In this document: in pieces, positions 49,972 to 59,256 of the stretch
Position numbering within the stretch: position 1 is the first letter of the stretch
Layout of the letters: the number at the start of each line of letters is the position of its first letter
Origin: Candidatus Eremiobacteria bacterium
Lineage (GTDB): Bacteria > Vulcanimicrobiota > Vulcanimicrobiia > Vulcanimicrobiales > Vulcanimicrobiaceae
DNA: 64,000 nt
NCBI GenBank assembly: GCA_963737065.1
Contig: CAVTRC010000001.1
Span: forward strand, 1,312,001-1,376,000
Direction of reading: 5' to 3'
Translations under genes and position numbers: made by a program
Notes under the pieces: model-generated
The model's database searches: none
What the model saw: the letters and a program-made list of their open reading frames with translations, nothing else
What the model was told of the DNA's origin: nothing

Positions 49972-50243
49972 AACCCGCGATAGCCGCGGACGGGTACGAT
50001 CTGATACTCGACCATGTTGCGATGAAAGAGCGGCAACGTCATTAGCGAGGCGAGCGCGTGTTCGCGCGAATCGGCTTCGAGCAACAAACATGCGCCGAGG
50101 ACGTCGTTGCGGCTCCAGGCGATGCGTATAATGCCCTGCTCGTATAAGCCGCGCACGCCCTCGGCTTCATCGTCGAGAAGCACGTCGAACGCTTCTTTGG
50201 GAAACGATTCCGTCAAGCGCCGAACCACTGCGATGAATTGCAT
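49950..50243 (-). CDS. Muconolactone-isomerase/YCII-like small protein
   Basis: LYEQGIIR.AW...GACLLLEADS...LPL pattern. Confidence 0.6.
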   Translation of the reverse strand: MQFIAVVRRLTESFPKEAFDVLLDDEAEGVRGLYEQGIIRIAWSRNDVLGACLLLEADSREHALASLMTLPLFHRNMVEYQIVPVRGYRGFYPSGTT

Positions 50244-50687
50244 CTACGTCTTCGGTCCGAAGATGCGTCGATCGTCTGCTTCGAGGACGTCGAGAATATA
50301 TTCAAGCTGAGGGTTTGCGCCGAGCACGTCAGCATATACGTCGCGGAAATGCGCTTCATCCTCGGCGTGTTTCGGACGGATATGGCGCAGGGTTTGATTG
50401 ATCGCGGGATACTGCGACGCATCGGTGTTTGCGCGTAGCCACGTCGCAACTTCCGTCTCATCCTTCGCGGACGCGACGACGTGGAACAGCGCTTCTTCGG
50501 TAATGCCGAGACGGTGGAACAAGTAGTCCGACATGCCGCGAATTTTGCCATTGATGAAATACGCGCCCGGATTACCGCCGGGCAAACGGCCGCGCAGCTT
50601 ATCGATCGTTCTCGGCATGAACATCAAGCCGTCGAGTTCTTCGTAGCACGAACGCGGCGGACGCACCGATAAATCCAACGGGCCCAT
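50244..50687 (-). CDS. DUF5069-like protein
   Basis: DL...PPRS...LDGL.FMPRTIDK.R...G..G.Y and C-terminal LEADD. Confidence 0.7.
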   Translation of the reverse strand: MGPLDLSVRPPRSCYEELDGLMFMPRTIDKLRGRLPGGNPGAYFINGKIRGMSDYLFHRLGITEEALFHVVASAKDETEVATWLRANTDASQYPAINQTLRHIRPKHAEDEAHFRDVYADVLGANPQLEYILDVLEADDRRIFGPKT

Positions 50688-50725
50688 GCGGGGTTACTAC
50701 GGCGGTGCCACCGAATGGCCTCGTC

Positions 50726-52249
50726 ATGCCCTTCGATTCCCTGCGGCCGTTCGTCGACGCGCTCAAGCGCGCGGGCGAACTTCATACGATCTCGGCTGCA
50801 GTCGATCCGTACTTGGAGATCGCCGAGATTACCGATCGCGTGGTAAAAGCCGGCGGGCCGGCATTGCTCTTCGAGAATGTGAGCGGCAGCCGTTTTCCGG
50901 TACTTACGAATCAATTCGGTTCGCAACGCCGCATCGCGCTTGCGCTCGGCGCGAAACGTCTGGACGAAACGGCAAACCGGCTGCGCGCGTTAATCGATCT
51001 CTCGCCGCCCGGCTCCTCATTCGGCGAAAAACTCGGCGCGCTCAAACGCTTTGCGCCGCTTGCCAATGCGATCCCGAAGACCGTGCGCGATGCGCCCGTG
51101 CATGAAGTCGTGATGCCCGAACCGGACCTCACGAAATTGCCGGTGCTTACGACATGGCCGCTCGATGCGGGACCGTTCATAACGCTGCCGCTCGTGATCA
51201 CAAAAGATCCGCGTACGAACCGGCCCAACGTCGGCATGTATAGGATGCAGGTGTACAACGCGCGCGAAACTGGGATGCACTGGCAGCGTCATAAGCAAGG
51301 TCGCGCGCACGCCGCACTGTGGGGCGATAACGTTCCCGTTGCGGTCGCGATCGGAAGCGATCCGGTATTGACGTACGCCGCGACCGCCCCGCTGCCGCCG
51401 GTGCTCGATGAATTCGCGTTCGCCGGATTGCTGCGCGGTAAACCGGTGTCGCTCGTGCCGGCGAAAACGGTCGACGTAAAGGTTCCGGCTGACGCCGAAT
51501 TCGTACTCGAAGGGTATGTCGACAACACCGACCTGCGCACCGAAGGGCCGTTCGGCGATCACACGGGCGTGTATAGTCTTGCGGACCAGTATCCGACATT
51601 CCACGTCACCTGCATCACGCACCGGCGCAATCCGATCTTCGCCGCGACCGTCGTTGGGAAGCCGCCGATGGAAGACGCGTGGCTCGGGAAGGCAACGGAA
51701 CGGCTCTTCTTACCGCTGCTGCAGATGGTTTTGCCCGAAGTCGTCGACATGAATCTGCCGGTGGAAGGCGGGTTCCACAACCTCGCAATCGTCTCGATAC
51801 GCAAACAGTATCCGGGTCACGCGAAGAAAGTCATGAACGCGCTGTGGGGCCTCGGCCATATGATGATGCTCACGCGCGTGCTAGTCATCGTCGACGATGA
51901 TATCGACGTCCAGGACTCACGCAGCGTCGCCTGGTTCGTCTTGAACAACTTGGCGCCCGAACGCGACGTCGTGATGATGCCCGGACCGGTCGACGACCTC
52001 GATCACGGCTCCTATAGCGTCGCGTACGGAACGAAGATCGGAATCGACGCCACACGGAAAAGCGCAAGCGAAGGATACGCGCGCGAATGGCCGCCCGATA
52101 TCGTGATGAACGATGAAACGAAGCAGCTCGTGAACCGGCGCTGGCGCGAGTATGGACTCAACCGTATTGCGAAATCGCTGCATTCCGACACCTGGTCGGG
52201 CCAAGGACCCGACGCGTATAGCCGGCTGACGCGCAATGACAAGGGTTAG
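50726..52249 (+). CDS. ubiD: UbiD-family decarboxylase (menaquinone biosynthesis, MqnL-like)
   Basis: NVGMYRMQV, EGPFGDHTG, GKPPMED and KIGIDAT motifs; coupled to a UbiA gene. Confidence 0.9.
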   Translation: MPFDSLRPFVDALKRAGELHTISAAVDPYLEIAEITDRVVKAGGPALLFENVSGSRFPVLTNQFGSQRRIALALGAKRLDETANRLRALIDLSPPGSSFGEKLGALKRFAPLANAIPKTVRDAPVHEVVMPEPDLTKLPVLTTWPLDAGPFITLPLVITKDPRTNRPNVGMYRMQVYNARETGMHWQRHKQGRAHAALWGDNVPVAVAIGSDPVLTYAATAPLPPVLDEFAFAGLLRGKPVSLVPAKTVDVKVPADAEFVLEGYVDNTDLRTEGPFGDHTGVYSLADQYPTFHVTCITHRRNPIFAATVVGKPPMEDAWLGKATERLFLPLLQMVLPEVVDMNLPVEGGFHNLAIVSIRKQYPGHAKKVMNALWGLGHMMMLTRVLVIVDDDIDVQDSRSVAWFVLNNLAPERDVVMMPGPVDDLDHGSYSVAYGTKIGIDATRKSASEGYAREWPPDIVMNDETKQLVNRRWREYGLNRIAKSLHSDTWSGQGPDAYSRLTRNDKG

Positions 52250-53090
52250 CGTCTTTCTTCGCGAGATCCGCATCGAGCACACGCTCTTTGCATTGCCGTT
52301 CGCGTATGTCGGCGCCGTGCTCGCCGCGCGCGGCGTCCCGACGCCGTGGTCGCTCCTCTGGATCACGCTCGCGGTGTTCGGTGCGCGAACAGCCGCGATG
52401 GCGGCCAACCGGTATTTCGATCGCGATATCGACGCGCGCAATCCTCGCACCGCGCGCCGCGCCGTTGCAAGCGGCGCGCTCTCGCCGTCGGTAATGATTT
52501 GGGCGATCGTTCTCGGGTTTGCGGTATTGCTGCTCTCGGCGTGGATGCTCAATCCGCTCTGCGTCAAATTGATGCCGATCGCGGCGCTCGGCGTGCTGAC
52601 GTATCCGCTCTGCAAACGCTTCACCTGGCTCGTGCACTTCGTGCTCGGCGCGGTTGACGGTCTCGCGCCGCTCGGCGCGTACATCGGCATTACCGGACGC
52701 GTCAGCGTGAGCGCATTTCTCGTTTTTGCCGCGGTCACCGTCTGGGTAGCGGGGTTCGATATTGCGTATGCGCTCATGGATGTCCCGACCGATCGCGAGC
52801 AGGGCATCTACTCTCTCCCGGCGCGCTTCGGTGAGCGCGCGGGACGCTGGCTGCCGATTGCGCTGCATGCCGCGATGGTGTTGCTCCTAGCGCTGGCCGG
52901 CATTCTCGCTGATGCGGGTTGGGTGTACTACGCGGGCGTCGCCGCCGCGCTGGCCCTTACCGTGTACGAAGATCGCCTTTACGGACTGACTGAGAACGTT
53001 TTCGTGCTCAACGAACGTATATTTATCAGCAACATGGTCTTCTCGATCGTTTTTCTCGTAGCAACGCTCGGAGGCTTCGTCGTCCGCTAA
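52236..53090 (+). CDS. ubiA: UbiA-family polyprenyltransferase (MqnP-like)
   Basis: EHTLFALPF, NRYFDRDIDARNPRT, KRFT and FDIAYA.MD motifs. Confidence 0.9.
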   Translation: MTRVSVFLREIRIEHTLFALPFAYVGAVLAARGVPTPWSLLWITLAVFGARTAAMAANRYFDRDIDARNPRTARRAVASGALSPSVMIWAIVLGFAVLLLSAWMLNPLCVKLMPIAALGVLTYPLCKRFTWLVHFVLGAVDGLAPLGAYIGITGRVSVSAFLVFAAVTVWVAGFDIAYALMDVPTDREQGIYSLPARFGERAGRWLPIALHAAMVLLLALAGILADAGWVYYAGVAAALALTVYEDRLYGLTENVFVLNERIFISNMVFSIVFLVATLGGFVVR

Positions 53091-54242
53091 ATGCTGCGTT
53101 CGGAATTTCTCGCCGGCACGATTGCGGCGCTCTTACCGAGCGGAACGACCGGGATCCCGAATCAAAACGGCTTCTTGCCGCAAGTGAACCTTGGCGTCAA
53201 CGTGCCGCTCACGGGCCCGCTCGCGCAATTCGGCAGCCAAATCGTCAAAGGCGTACAGGCATGCGTGAACGAGACGAACCGTTTTACGCCCTCGCTGACG
53301 CGCTACTGGGGTGTCCGGCCATTCGACGATCAAAACAATGCGACGGTCGCATCGTCGAACGTATTCATTGCCGCTTCCGACCCGACCGTCATGGGCATGA
53401 TCGGCAACCTGACCGTCGAGACGACCCTCGCGGCTCTCCCGCAATACGCAAACGCGAATTTCGCGATCGTCGTGCCGTCCGTTACGGCAGACATCGTCAC
53501 CAACCGCGGATTCCGTAACATCTTTCGTCTGCCGACGAAAGATTCGAGCGAAGGGCAACTCTTCGCGCGCTCGGTCCTGCCGAAAAATCGTTCAGCAACC
53601 ATTATTGCGGTTACGATGAAAGGCGATTACGGCGCGGATGTCGCTTCCGGACTCGTCGCGCAAGCGACGGCGGATAAGCACGATGCGCACACAATTACCG
53701 TTGAGCCGACGAACGATCCCGAGAACATTGCCGCGCGCATTAACAAACGCAACGCAACCTTCGTGTTTCTCGCCGGCAAACCCGATCCGCTAGGCCCGAT
53801 CGCCAAAGCGCTGCAAAAGCAAGGATACAAAGGCGATTTCGGCGCGAGCGACGGGTTCTTCACGGGAGCAGCCATCGATCCGTACGGTGAAGCGCTGAGC
53901 GGCACGCTCGTCGCATCCTCCACACCGCCGATCGATCGCATTCCGTCGATGTTGCAACTCGTACGCGACTTTCAAGGGGAAGTCGGCGGCATCGACGCAT
54001 TCGAAGCGTTCGGCTACGCCGCAGCGCAACTATTAATTCAAGCCGCCGGCCGTGTGAATGCGAAAGACCGCTTCGCACTATTGACGCAATTACAAGCCGG
54101 CGGCGCATATAATTTGCTCGTGGGACAATACGCGTTCAACTTCTACGGCGACGCGACGTTACCGAACATTTATCTCTACAAGATGACGCCGAAAGGTTTC
54201 ACGTTTGAGAAATCCGCCGTGCCAAGCGGCTTTGTCGTGTAG
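53091..54242 (+). CDS. Branched-chain amino acid (LivJ/K-like) periplasmic binding protein
   Basis: VPLTGPLAQFG, DDQ, IFRL, DYG and GYAAAQ motifs; no cognate permease adjacent. Confidence 0.8.
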   Translation: MLRSEFLAGTIAALLPSGTTGIPNQNGFLPQVNLGVNVPLTGPLAQFGSQIVKGVQACVNETNRFTPSLTRYWGVRPFDDQNNATVASSNVFIAASDPTVMGMIGNLTVETTLAALPQYANANFAIVVPSVTADIVTNRGFRNIFRLPTKDSSEGQLFARSVLPKNRSATIIAVTMKGDYGADVASGLVAQATADKHDAHTITVEPTNDPENIAARINKRNATFVFLAGKPDPLGPIAKALQKQGYKGDFGASDGFFTGAAIDPYGEALSGTLVASSTPPIDRIPSMLQLVRDFQGEVGGIDAFEAFGYAAAQLLIQAAGRVNAKDRFALLTQLQAGGAYNLLVGQYAFNFYGDATLPNIYLYKMTPKGFTFEKSAVPSGFVV

Positions 54243-54249
54243 TGCCGGC

Positions 54250-54423
54250 TTAGTTCGCGTTTGCGCGGCGCCGGCGTGCGTGCGGAGCCTCTTCGATGAC
54301 ACGGATGCGGTGCGGCGTTTGCCGTTTCGGCGGCGCCGGTTCGTCGACGTCTTCGACGGCGAGGCAGAAGCGTAACCGCCAGGAACCGAGCGTGATCGCG
54401 AAATTGGTACCGAGAATTTCCAT
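54250..54423 (-). CDS. Small 57-aa hypothetical protein at the end of the GntR-ABC operon
   Basis: MEILGTNFAITLGSWRLRFCLAVEDVDEPAPP...; ATG 2 nt after the permease stop, with SD GGAGG. Confidence 0.55.
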   Translation of the reverse strand: MEILGTNFAITLGSWRLRFCLAVEDVDEPAPPKRQTPHRIRVIEEAPHARRRRANAN

Positions 54424-54425
54424 GA

Positions 54426-55451
54426 TTACGCCTCCACGCGCCGCCACTGGATGACGGCAAGTGCGCTGTAGATGATGAACAGTCCGAATTCGACGGCCAG
54501 ACGGGGAACGAAGTCGGGCGGAGCGGTCAATTGACCAGCCGTGTTCTCGTTGATCGCGATGCCGTTCACATAGCTGAGCGGATCGATGCGCGAGAGAACC
54601 CAGAAGACGTTGTGCACGAGCTGACCGACGATCGAGTCGCCCCATGGAATCGCGCCGAAGACCGTAACGAGGATCGCGACCGGCCACGCGAAGCCGAGGA
54701 CCGCTCCGTATCCGCGCCTGAGCGATGCGGTCGATGCCGCGAGCAATCCGTACCACGCGAAGGGCACGGCGATTCCCATTAGGATCGCATTGGCGTTCAC
54801 GCCCGTAAAGTCTAAGCTCGGCATCTCGAACATCAGCTGACACAGCAAGAGCGCGACGATGGTCATTACGGAAGCCGCAATGATTCCAACGAGGTCCGCG
54901 GCGATTGCGCCGATGGCGAATGCTTCGCGCGAAACCGGTTTGGTTAGAGCGTACTCGAGGTGTCCGTCTGCTTCGCGGGCAAACGGCGCCGCGAGTACGG
55001 TGGCAACGAAAAGCGCGGCGAGATCCGCAAAGGCCATGTAGTAAAGGAACGGCACGCTTCCATTGGTATCGATCGTCGTAACGTGCATCTTTCCGGAACG
55101 CGTCTCGTTGATATGGACGCTTCCGATAACAGCCCGGTCTGCGTGCCCGCCTGTACGCGACGACGGCTCGGTGATGACGATGTGCCGGCCCGCACTCCCC
55201 ATGTTGTCGATCACGACCGTCGTATTATCAGATGGACTCTTAATCGTCGTGCGCTTCGTACCATCCGGCAGCACGCTCCGCGAAATCGTCGTACCCGGCT
55301 CCATCGTGACGTGCTTGATGAAGACGTCATCTGCGCTCAAATATCGATTGAACGAAATACGCAGGACGAGCACGATTAAAATGAACGCGCCGAGCACGAT
55401 AGCGACCACGCGCAGCGCGTTGCGCACACGCAGCCATTCAACGTAGCTCAT
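54426..55451 (-). CDS. ABC-2-type exporter permease with an extracytoplasmic loop
   Basis: E..G.LEYALTKPVSR motif; about six TM helices; ATGA coupling to the ATPase gene. Confidence 0.8.
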   Translation of the reverse strand: MSYVEWLRVRNALRVVAIVLGAFILIVLVLRISFNRYLSADDVFIKHVTMEPGTTISRSVLPDGTKRTTIKSPSDNTTVVIDNMGSAGRHIVITEPSSRTGGHADRAVIGSVHINETRSGKMHVTTIDTNGSVPFLYYMAFADLAALFVATVLAAPFAREADGHLEYALTKPVSREAFAIGAIAADLVGIIAASVMTIVALLLCQLMFEMPSLDFTGVNANAILMGIAVPFAWYGLLAASTASLRRGYGAVLGFAWPVAILVTVFGAIPWGDSIVGQLVHNVFWVLSRIDPLSYVNGIAINENTAGQLTAPPDFVPRLAVEFGLFIIYSALAVIQWRRVEA

Positions 55452-56359
55452 GAAGTCGCTCCCTCTACCACATCGGCGGTTGCCTCTGCGGGCGAGACCG
55501 CGTATAGGAAAATATCTTCTAAGTTGAGGTCGACGATGCGAACGCCCGTTGCGCCCATCGCCTCCAATTTGCGGACGAATTCGGGCGCGCCGTCGGTGGT
55601 AAGCAGACGCACGATCCGGCCGGTGCGATCGGTACGCGCGATGCGCGGATCGTTCGCCACACCGTTGAGCGCATAAGACTCATTGGGGAAGATCCCTTCG
55701 ACGATCTTGCGATCGGCTTTCAGATCATCGACCGCGCCTTCGAGCGCAAGATGACCTTTGTCGACTACCGCGATACGCTCTGCGGCGCGCTCGACTTGTC
55801 CGATTTGATGCGACGAGAAGATTACCGTTGCACCCCGCGCGGATTCGTTGATGATCATATTGAGCACGTGACGCTGATTGATCGGGTCGAGTCCGCTCGT
55901 CGGTTCATCGAGAATGAGGATGTCCGCTTCGCGCGCGATTGCGAGCGCGACCATCGTCGCGGTCTTCATGCCTTTCGAAAGCGCGCGCGCCTTCTTGCGC
56001 ATATCGATATCGAACTGCGCGAGAAGTTCGTTCGCGCGCTGCACCGAAAACTGCGTGTACGCGCGGCGCTGCATTTCGACGTGTTCCTTGACCGTCATCC
56101 AGTCGTACAGCACGGTCTTCTCGGGAACGTACGCGATCCGTTCGAACGTCGCCGGCTCAAGCGGTTTTCCGTTATACAAAACGGTTCCCGAGCTGGCGAA
56201 CGCAAGGCCCAGCATACACTTGAACGTCGTCGTTTTGCCGGCGCCGTTCGGACCGAGAAGGCCGAAGACGCAGCCCTCGGGGATCGCGACGGTGAGACCG
56301 TCGACCGCCGTGTACCGGCCGTATGTCTTGCGCAAGTTTTCAATTGAGATTGTACTCAT
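55448..56359 (-). CDS. ABC transporter ATP-binding protein (YtrB-like)
   Basis: GPNGAGKTT, LSKGM, LDEPTSGLDP and SSH motifs. Confidence 0.93.
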   Translation of the reverse strand: MSTISIENLRKTYGRYTAVDGLTVAIPEGCVFGLLGPNGAGKTTTFKCMLGLAFASSGTVLYNGKPLEPATFERIAYVPEKTVLYDWMTVKEHVEMQRRAYTQFSVQRANELLAQFDIDMRKKARALSKGMKTATMVALAIAREADILILDEPTSGLDPINQRHVLNMIINESARGATVIFSSHQIGQVERAAERIAVVDKGHLALEGAVDDLKADRKIVEGIFPNESYALNGVANDPRIARTDRTGRIVRLLTTDGAPEFVRKLEAMGATGVRIVDLNLEDIFLYAVSPAEATADVVEGATS

Positions 56360-56754
56360 TGTGCCTCCCTGAACCACCGGTCGATTGCGCCGTTGGCGAG
56401 CGATCGAACCGCTTCGGCATCGAGGCCGATCGATTTCGCTTCACGCACTGCCCCGTCGATTGCATCTCGCGCTACATCCGTCGCAGCGGCCTTCGTCGTA
56501 TCCTTGACGCCGTTGCTCTTCACGAAGGAGCCGCGTCCGGGCGACGTTTCGATGACGCCGTCGCGTTCGAGTTCGCGGTAGGCCTTCGCTACGGTGTTGG
56601 GATTGATGGTCAAATCGAGCGCGAGCTGCTTCACCGTGGGCAGTTGCTCGCCCGCTCCGAGAACCCCGATCGCCACCGAGCGCTTTACTTGCTCGATGAC
56701 TTGTAGATAGATCGGGACCCCGCTACGCGGATCGACCGTGAGTACGACGGGCAT
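56356..56754 (-). CDS. GntR-family regulator, YtrA subfamily
   Basis: PIYLQ, LPTVKQLA..L.INPNTVAKAY and GRGSFV motifs; short C-terminal domain; heads an ABC operon. Confidence 0.93.
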   Translation of the reverse strand: MPVVLTVDPRSGVPIYLQVIEQVKRSVAIGVLGAGEQLPTVKQLALDLTINPNTVAKAYRELERDGVIETSPGRGSFVKSNGVKDTTKAAATDVARDAIDGAVREAKSIGLDAEAVRSLANGAIDRWFREAQ

Positions 56755-56760
56755 TGCCGT

Positions 56761-56872
56761 TTAGAACTTCGGGCCCCAGCCTTGAAACAGCGGAGCGCTC
56801 ATCTGGGCGGGGATTCGAACGCGAGCTTCGCGAGCTTCGGTGTCTTCGCGGGCGATTGATGAACCGTGTCAT
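56761..56872 (-). CDS. Small FxGWGPK peptide, copy 1 (frameshifted, or expressed only as a 13-aa ORF)
   Basis: The intact ORF 56802..56761 reads MSAPLFQGWGPKF. From the SD-preceded ATG 56872 (AGAGGA), removing one A at about 56856 gives MTRFIIAREDTEAREARVRIPAQMSAPLFQGWGPKF. Confidence 0.45.
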
Positions 56873-56915
56873 GTCGATTGTCCTCTAGCTTTCCGTACCG
56901 TACTGCTCTCATGTC

Positions 56916-56933
56916 GTACTAGTACATTAGTAC
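56916..56933. promoter_or_regulatory. YtrA-type operator
   Basis: Inverted repeat GTACTA-N6-TAGTAC upstream of the GntR operon, resembling YtrA-family boxes. Confidence 0.7.
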
Positions 56934-57067
56934 AATAGCGCAGCAGTACGCCACCGTCAATAGGTCGCCAGAAAATTTTCCGAACCGCCGTACGCGTCCA
57001 CGCGCGCGCCCGGCTCGATTCGCCCTAGCGCCGACGTAGTGCTGGAGACAAGCCCGCTTCCCACAAA

Positions 57068-57277
57068 GGCAGTTCTTGTGGTGCGCGCTCGGTTGCGCGA
57101 GCTACCCCGGTATGGAAATGTGCAGCTTTTTCGGGCTGGCCCGGACGGCCATTTCAAAACTTCGTTCTCCCGAAAAAGTGCGCAAGCAGAAAACCGGCAC
57201 GATGCCGGTTTTCGGGCGGTTTCCATACCGGGGTAGCTCGCGCGACCGAACGCGCACCACAAGAACTGCCGGCGCCG
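57068..57277. mobile_element. MITE-like or structured element with 51-bp inverted repeats
   Basis: 57068-57118 and 57220-57270 are reverse complements at 49/51 positions; two internal hairpins; CACAAA direct repeat at 57062-67 and 57278-83. Confidence 0.6.
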
Positions 57278-57429
57278 CACAAACTCAGGGGTTTTCACGC
57301 ATACATCGCGCCGTGGGCGTTTCGTACCATGAGCACACCAGAGATCTGCTTGCATAAACAACCCCGAACTGCTCGTTTGGAACGCCGATCTATCACTGCG
57401 GGCCACGTCGCTATCGGCTCGGCTGCGCG

Positions 57430-57764
57430 GCATCGCAGGCATCGGCACGAGCGCGCCGGCGCTGGATGTGAGCGATCTCTGGGCACGATCGTGCGAAGAC
57501 GGCGGAAGCCGCCGGATCGTACGGCCATGACGAGTCTGCGATCATCGCATTCGGTGCGTCGGTACGCTCGTCGACATCACCAAGTTTAAAAGAACGTGAA
57601 GCGCAACCGCGCAGCGTCTTGCACCGTCGATCACGTTTACGCGCGCGACGGGCGCATGTGCGCGGTGGTGTTTCTCGATATCGGCAATTGCGACGTCGAA
57701 GGAATTGCTCGCAGTTGCGGATCGTAAATTGTACGCGGTGAAGCAGAACGGGGGCGCGGCGTAA
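57430..57764 (+). pseudogene. Decayed GGDEF (diguanylate cyclase) gene remnant
   Basis: AGSYGHDESAII from 57511 (degenerate RYGGDEF) and ELLAVADRKLYAVKQNG from 57702 lie in different frames; 5' boundary approximate. Confidence 0.55.
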
Positions 57765-57783
57765 AGCTCGCGAACGCCTCCTC

Positions 57784-59256
57784 GTGGCCAGCCGGATCTT
57801 CGTCGGACCGTCGTCCCTTCGCCATCCTCGGGAGCGCCTCGCGCTTCTCGGAACGCTGCTATGGGCGCTGCCGATCGCCGGCATCATCGGGCTGGTCGTT
57901 CACGAACGGGTCGATCTCCCGAAGGTCGCGCTTTTCATTGTGATTGCGATGCTGTATGTGACGCTCGCCCGCGGCCGCCTGATCGGCTCGTCGGTAATGA
58001 TTCACGAGGCACAATATCCGCGCGTGTTCTCCATCGTCAAACGCGCGTGCGCGGCGCTCGAGATTCCGATGCCGCTGATCTTCGTGCGCGAAGACTTATA
58101 CGTCCCGGTTGCGGCGCTCGGCTTCGGCGAACCGTATTCGCTCGTGCTTTCGAGCAGCTACATCGAACAATTCGAAGACGACGAGCTGGCGTTCATGATT
58201 GGACGGCAACTCGGGCACATTGCCGCCGGCCACACGCGCTTCATCTCGCTGCTCAGCGTTAATGGAAACGAAAATCCGATCGTCGCGCTCATCTTCGGTC
58301 CGTGGCTGCGCATTTGCGAGCTCACGTGCGACAAAGCCGGCCTGCTGGTGTGTGGTTCGCTCGACGCCGCCGCGCGCGCCATTGCCATCGCATCGTTCCA
58401 TCATTTCGGGCGCCGCGTCGACATGGATCAATTTGCCGAGCAGGCGCGCGAAATCGCGGGTGACAGCGTTTTGCGCTGGGGCGAGTGGCTGGGCGCCGAA
58501 CCGTACGCAACGCGCCGCATCGCCGATATGCGCGCCTTCTCGCACACGCACGCGTATCAGACGCTCGAAGAATGGTTTTTGCGTGAAGCGTATGAGCCGC
58601 CGCCCGCGCTTCCGGCTCCGGGGCGCGTGACGGTTTCGCGCGCGGATTGCGCGGGGTGGTGGCGGCGCTTCATCGCGACGTTCATCGATCTCGTCGTCGT
58701 TACGTCGCTGATTACCGCAATTACCGGCACCGACGACTCGGGAACCCGCATTGTCAACGAAATCAACGTCGACAAGCACGGGAAAACGACGCATAGCGCG
58801 ACCGTCGTGCCCGGCGACACGTCCCAGTCAACGGACGAGGATACCGGCACGACACAATTCGGCTGGCTTCGCGTAGGGCTGGGCGGTATTCACGTGGCCC
58901 AAGGCACTCCGCTCGCTGCGGTTTCAAACCTCTTCGGAAAAAACTTATGGTATTGGGCGGCAGGGGTCTACTTTGTGCTTCTCGTCGGACTTTCGGGACA
59001 AACGTTCGGGATGATGATTACCGGCTTGCGTGTGGTCACGACGGATTTCCGGAAACCCGGAATCACGCTTTCGCTGTGGCGCTATATTCTCGGCTTTGTG
59101 CTAATCCCTATCATCATTCTGCTCAGCTTTATTCAGCATCGCGTGATGTTACACGATCGCTGGAGCGGAACGCGATTGATCACGACCGAGCGCGCGATGG
59201 CGCGCGCAGCGAGCACGGCCGCCGCAACGGCGGCGCCCGCTAGCGTGCCGGCGTAG
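57784..59256 (+). CDS. M48-peptidase-like domain fused to an RDD membrane domain
   Basis: DDELAFMIGRQLGHI (HExxH degenerate), ELTCDKAG; RDD motifs AGWWRRFIA..ID, GQTFG...GLRVV and LHDRWSGT. Confidence 0.8.
   Translation: MASRIFVGPSSLRHPRERLALLGTLLWALPIAGIIGLVVHERVDLPKVALFIVIAMLYVTLARGRLIGSSVMIHEAQYPRVFSIVKRACAALEIPMPLIFVREDLYVPVAALGFGEPYSLVLSSSYIEQFEDDELAFMIGRQLGHIAAGHTRFISLLSVNGNENPIVALIFGPWLRICELTCDKAGLLVCGSLDAAARAIAIASFHHFGRRVDMDQFAEQAREIAGDSVLRWGEWLGAEPYATRRIADMRAFSHTHAYQTLEEWFLREAYEPPPALPAPGRVTVSRADCAGWWRRFIATFIDLVVVTSLITAITGTDDSGTRIVNEINVDKHGKTTHSATVVPGDTSQSTDEDTGTTQFGWLRVGLGGIHVAQGTPLAAVSNLFGKNLWYWAAGVYFVLLVGLSGQTFGMMITGLRVVTTDFRKPGITLSLWRYILGFVLIPIIILLSFIQHRVMLHDRWSGTRLITTERAMARAASTAAATAAPASVPA

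Noticed and set aside
56805..56825. GTTCGAATCC on the minus strand, resembling a tRNA T-loop
   Set aside because: No T-stem pairing or cloverleaf around it; it lies within the GntR leader.
57068..57270. Retron msr-msd-like shape (flanking inverted repeats plus hairpins)
   Set aside because: No reverse transcriptase in the window, and the flanking direct repeat fits an insertion element better.
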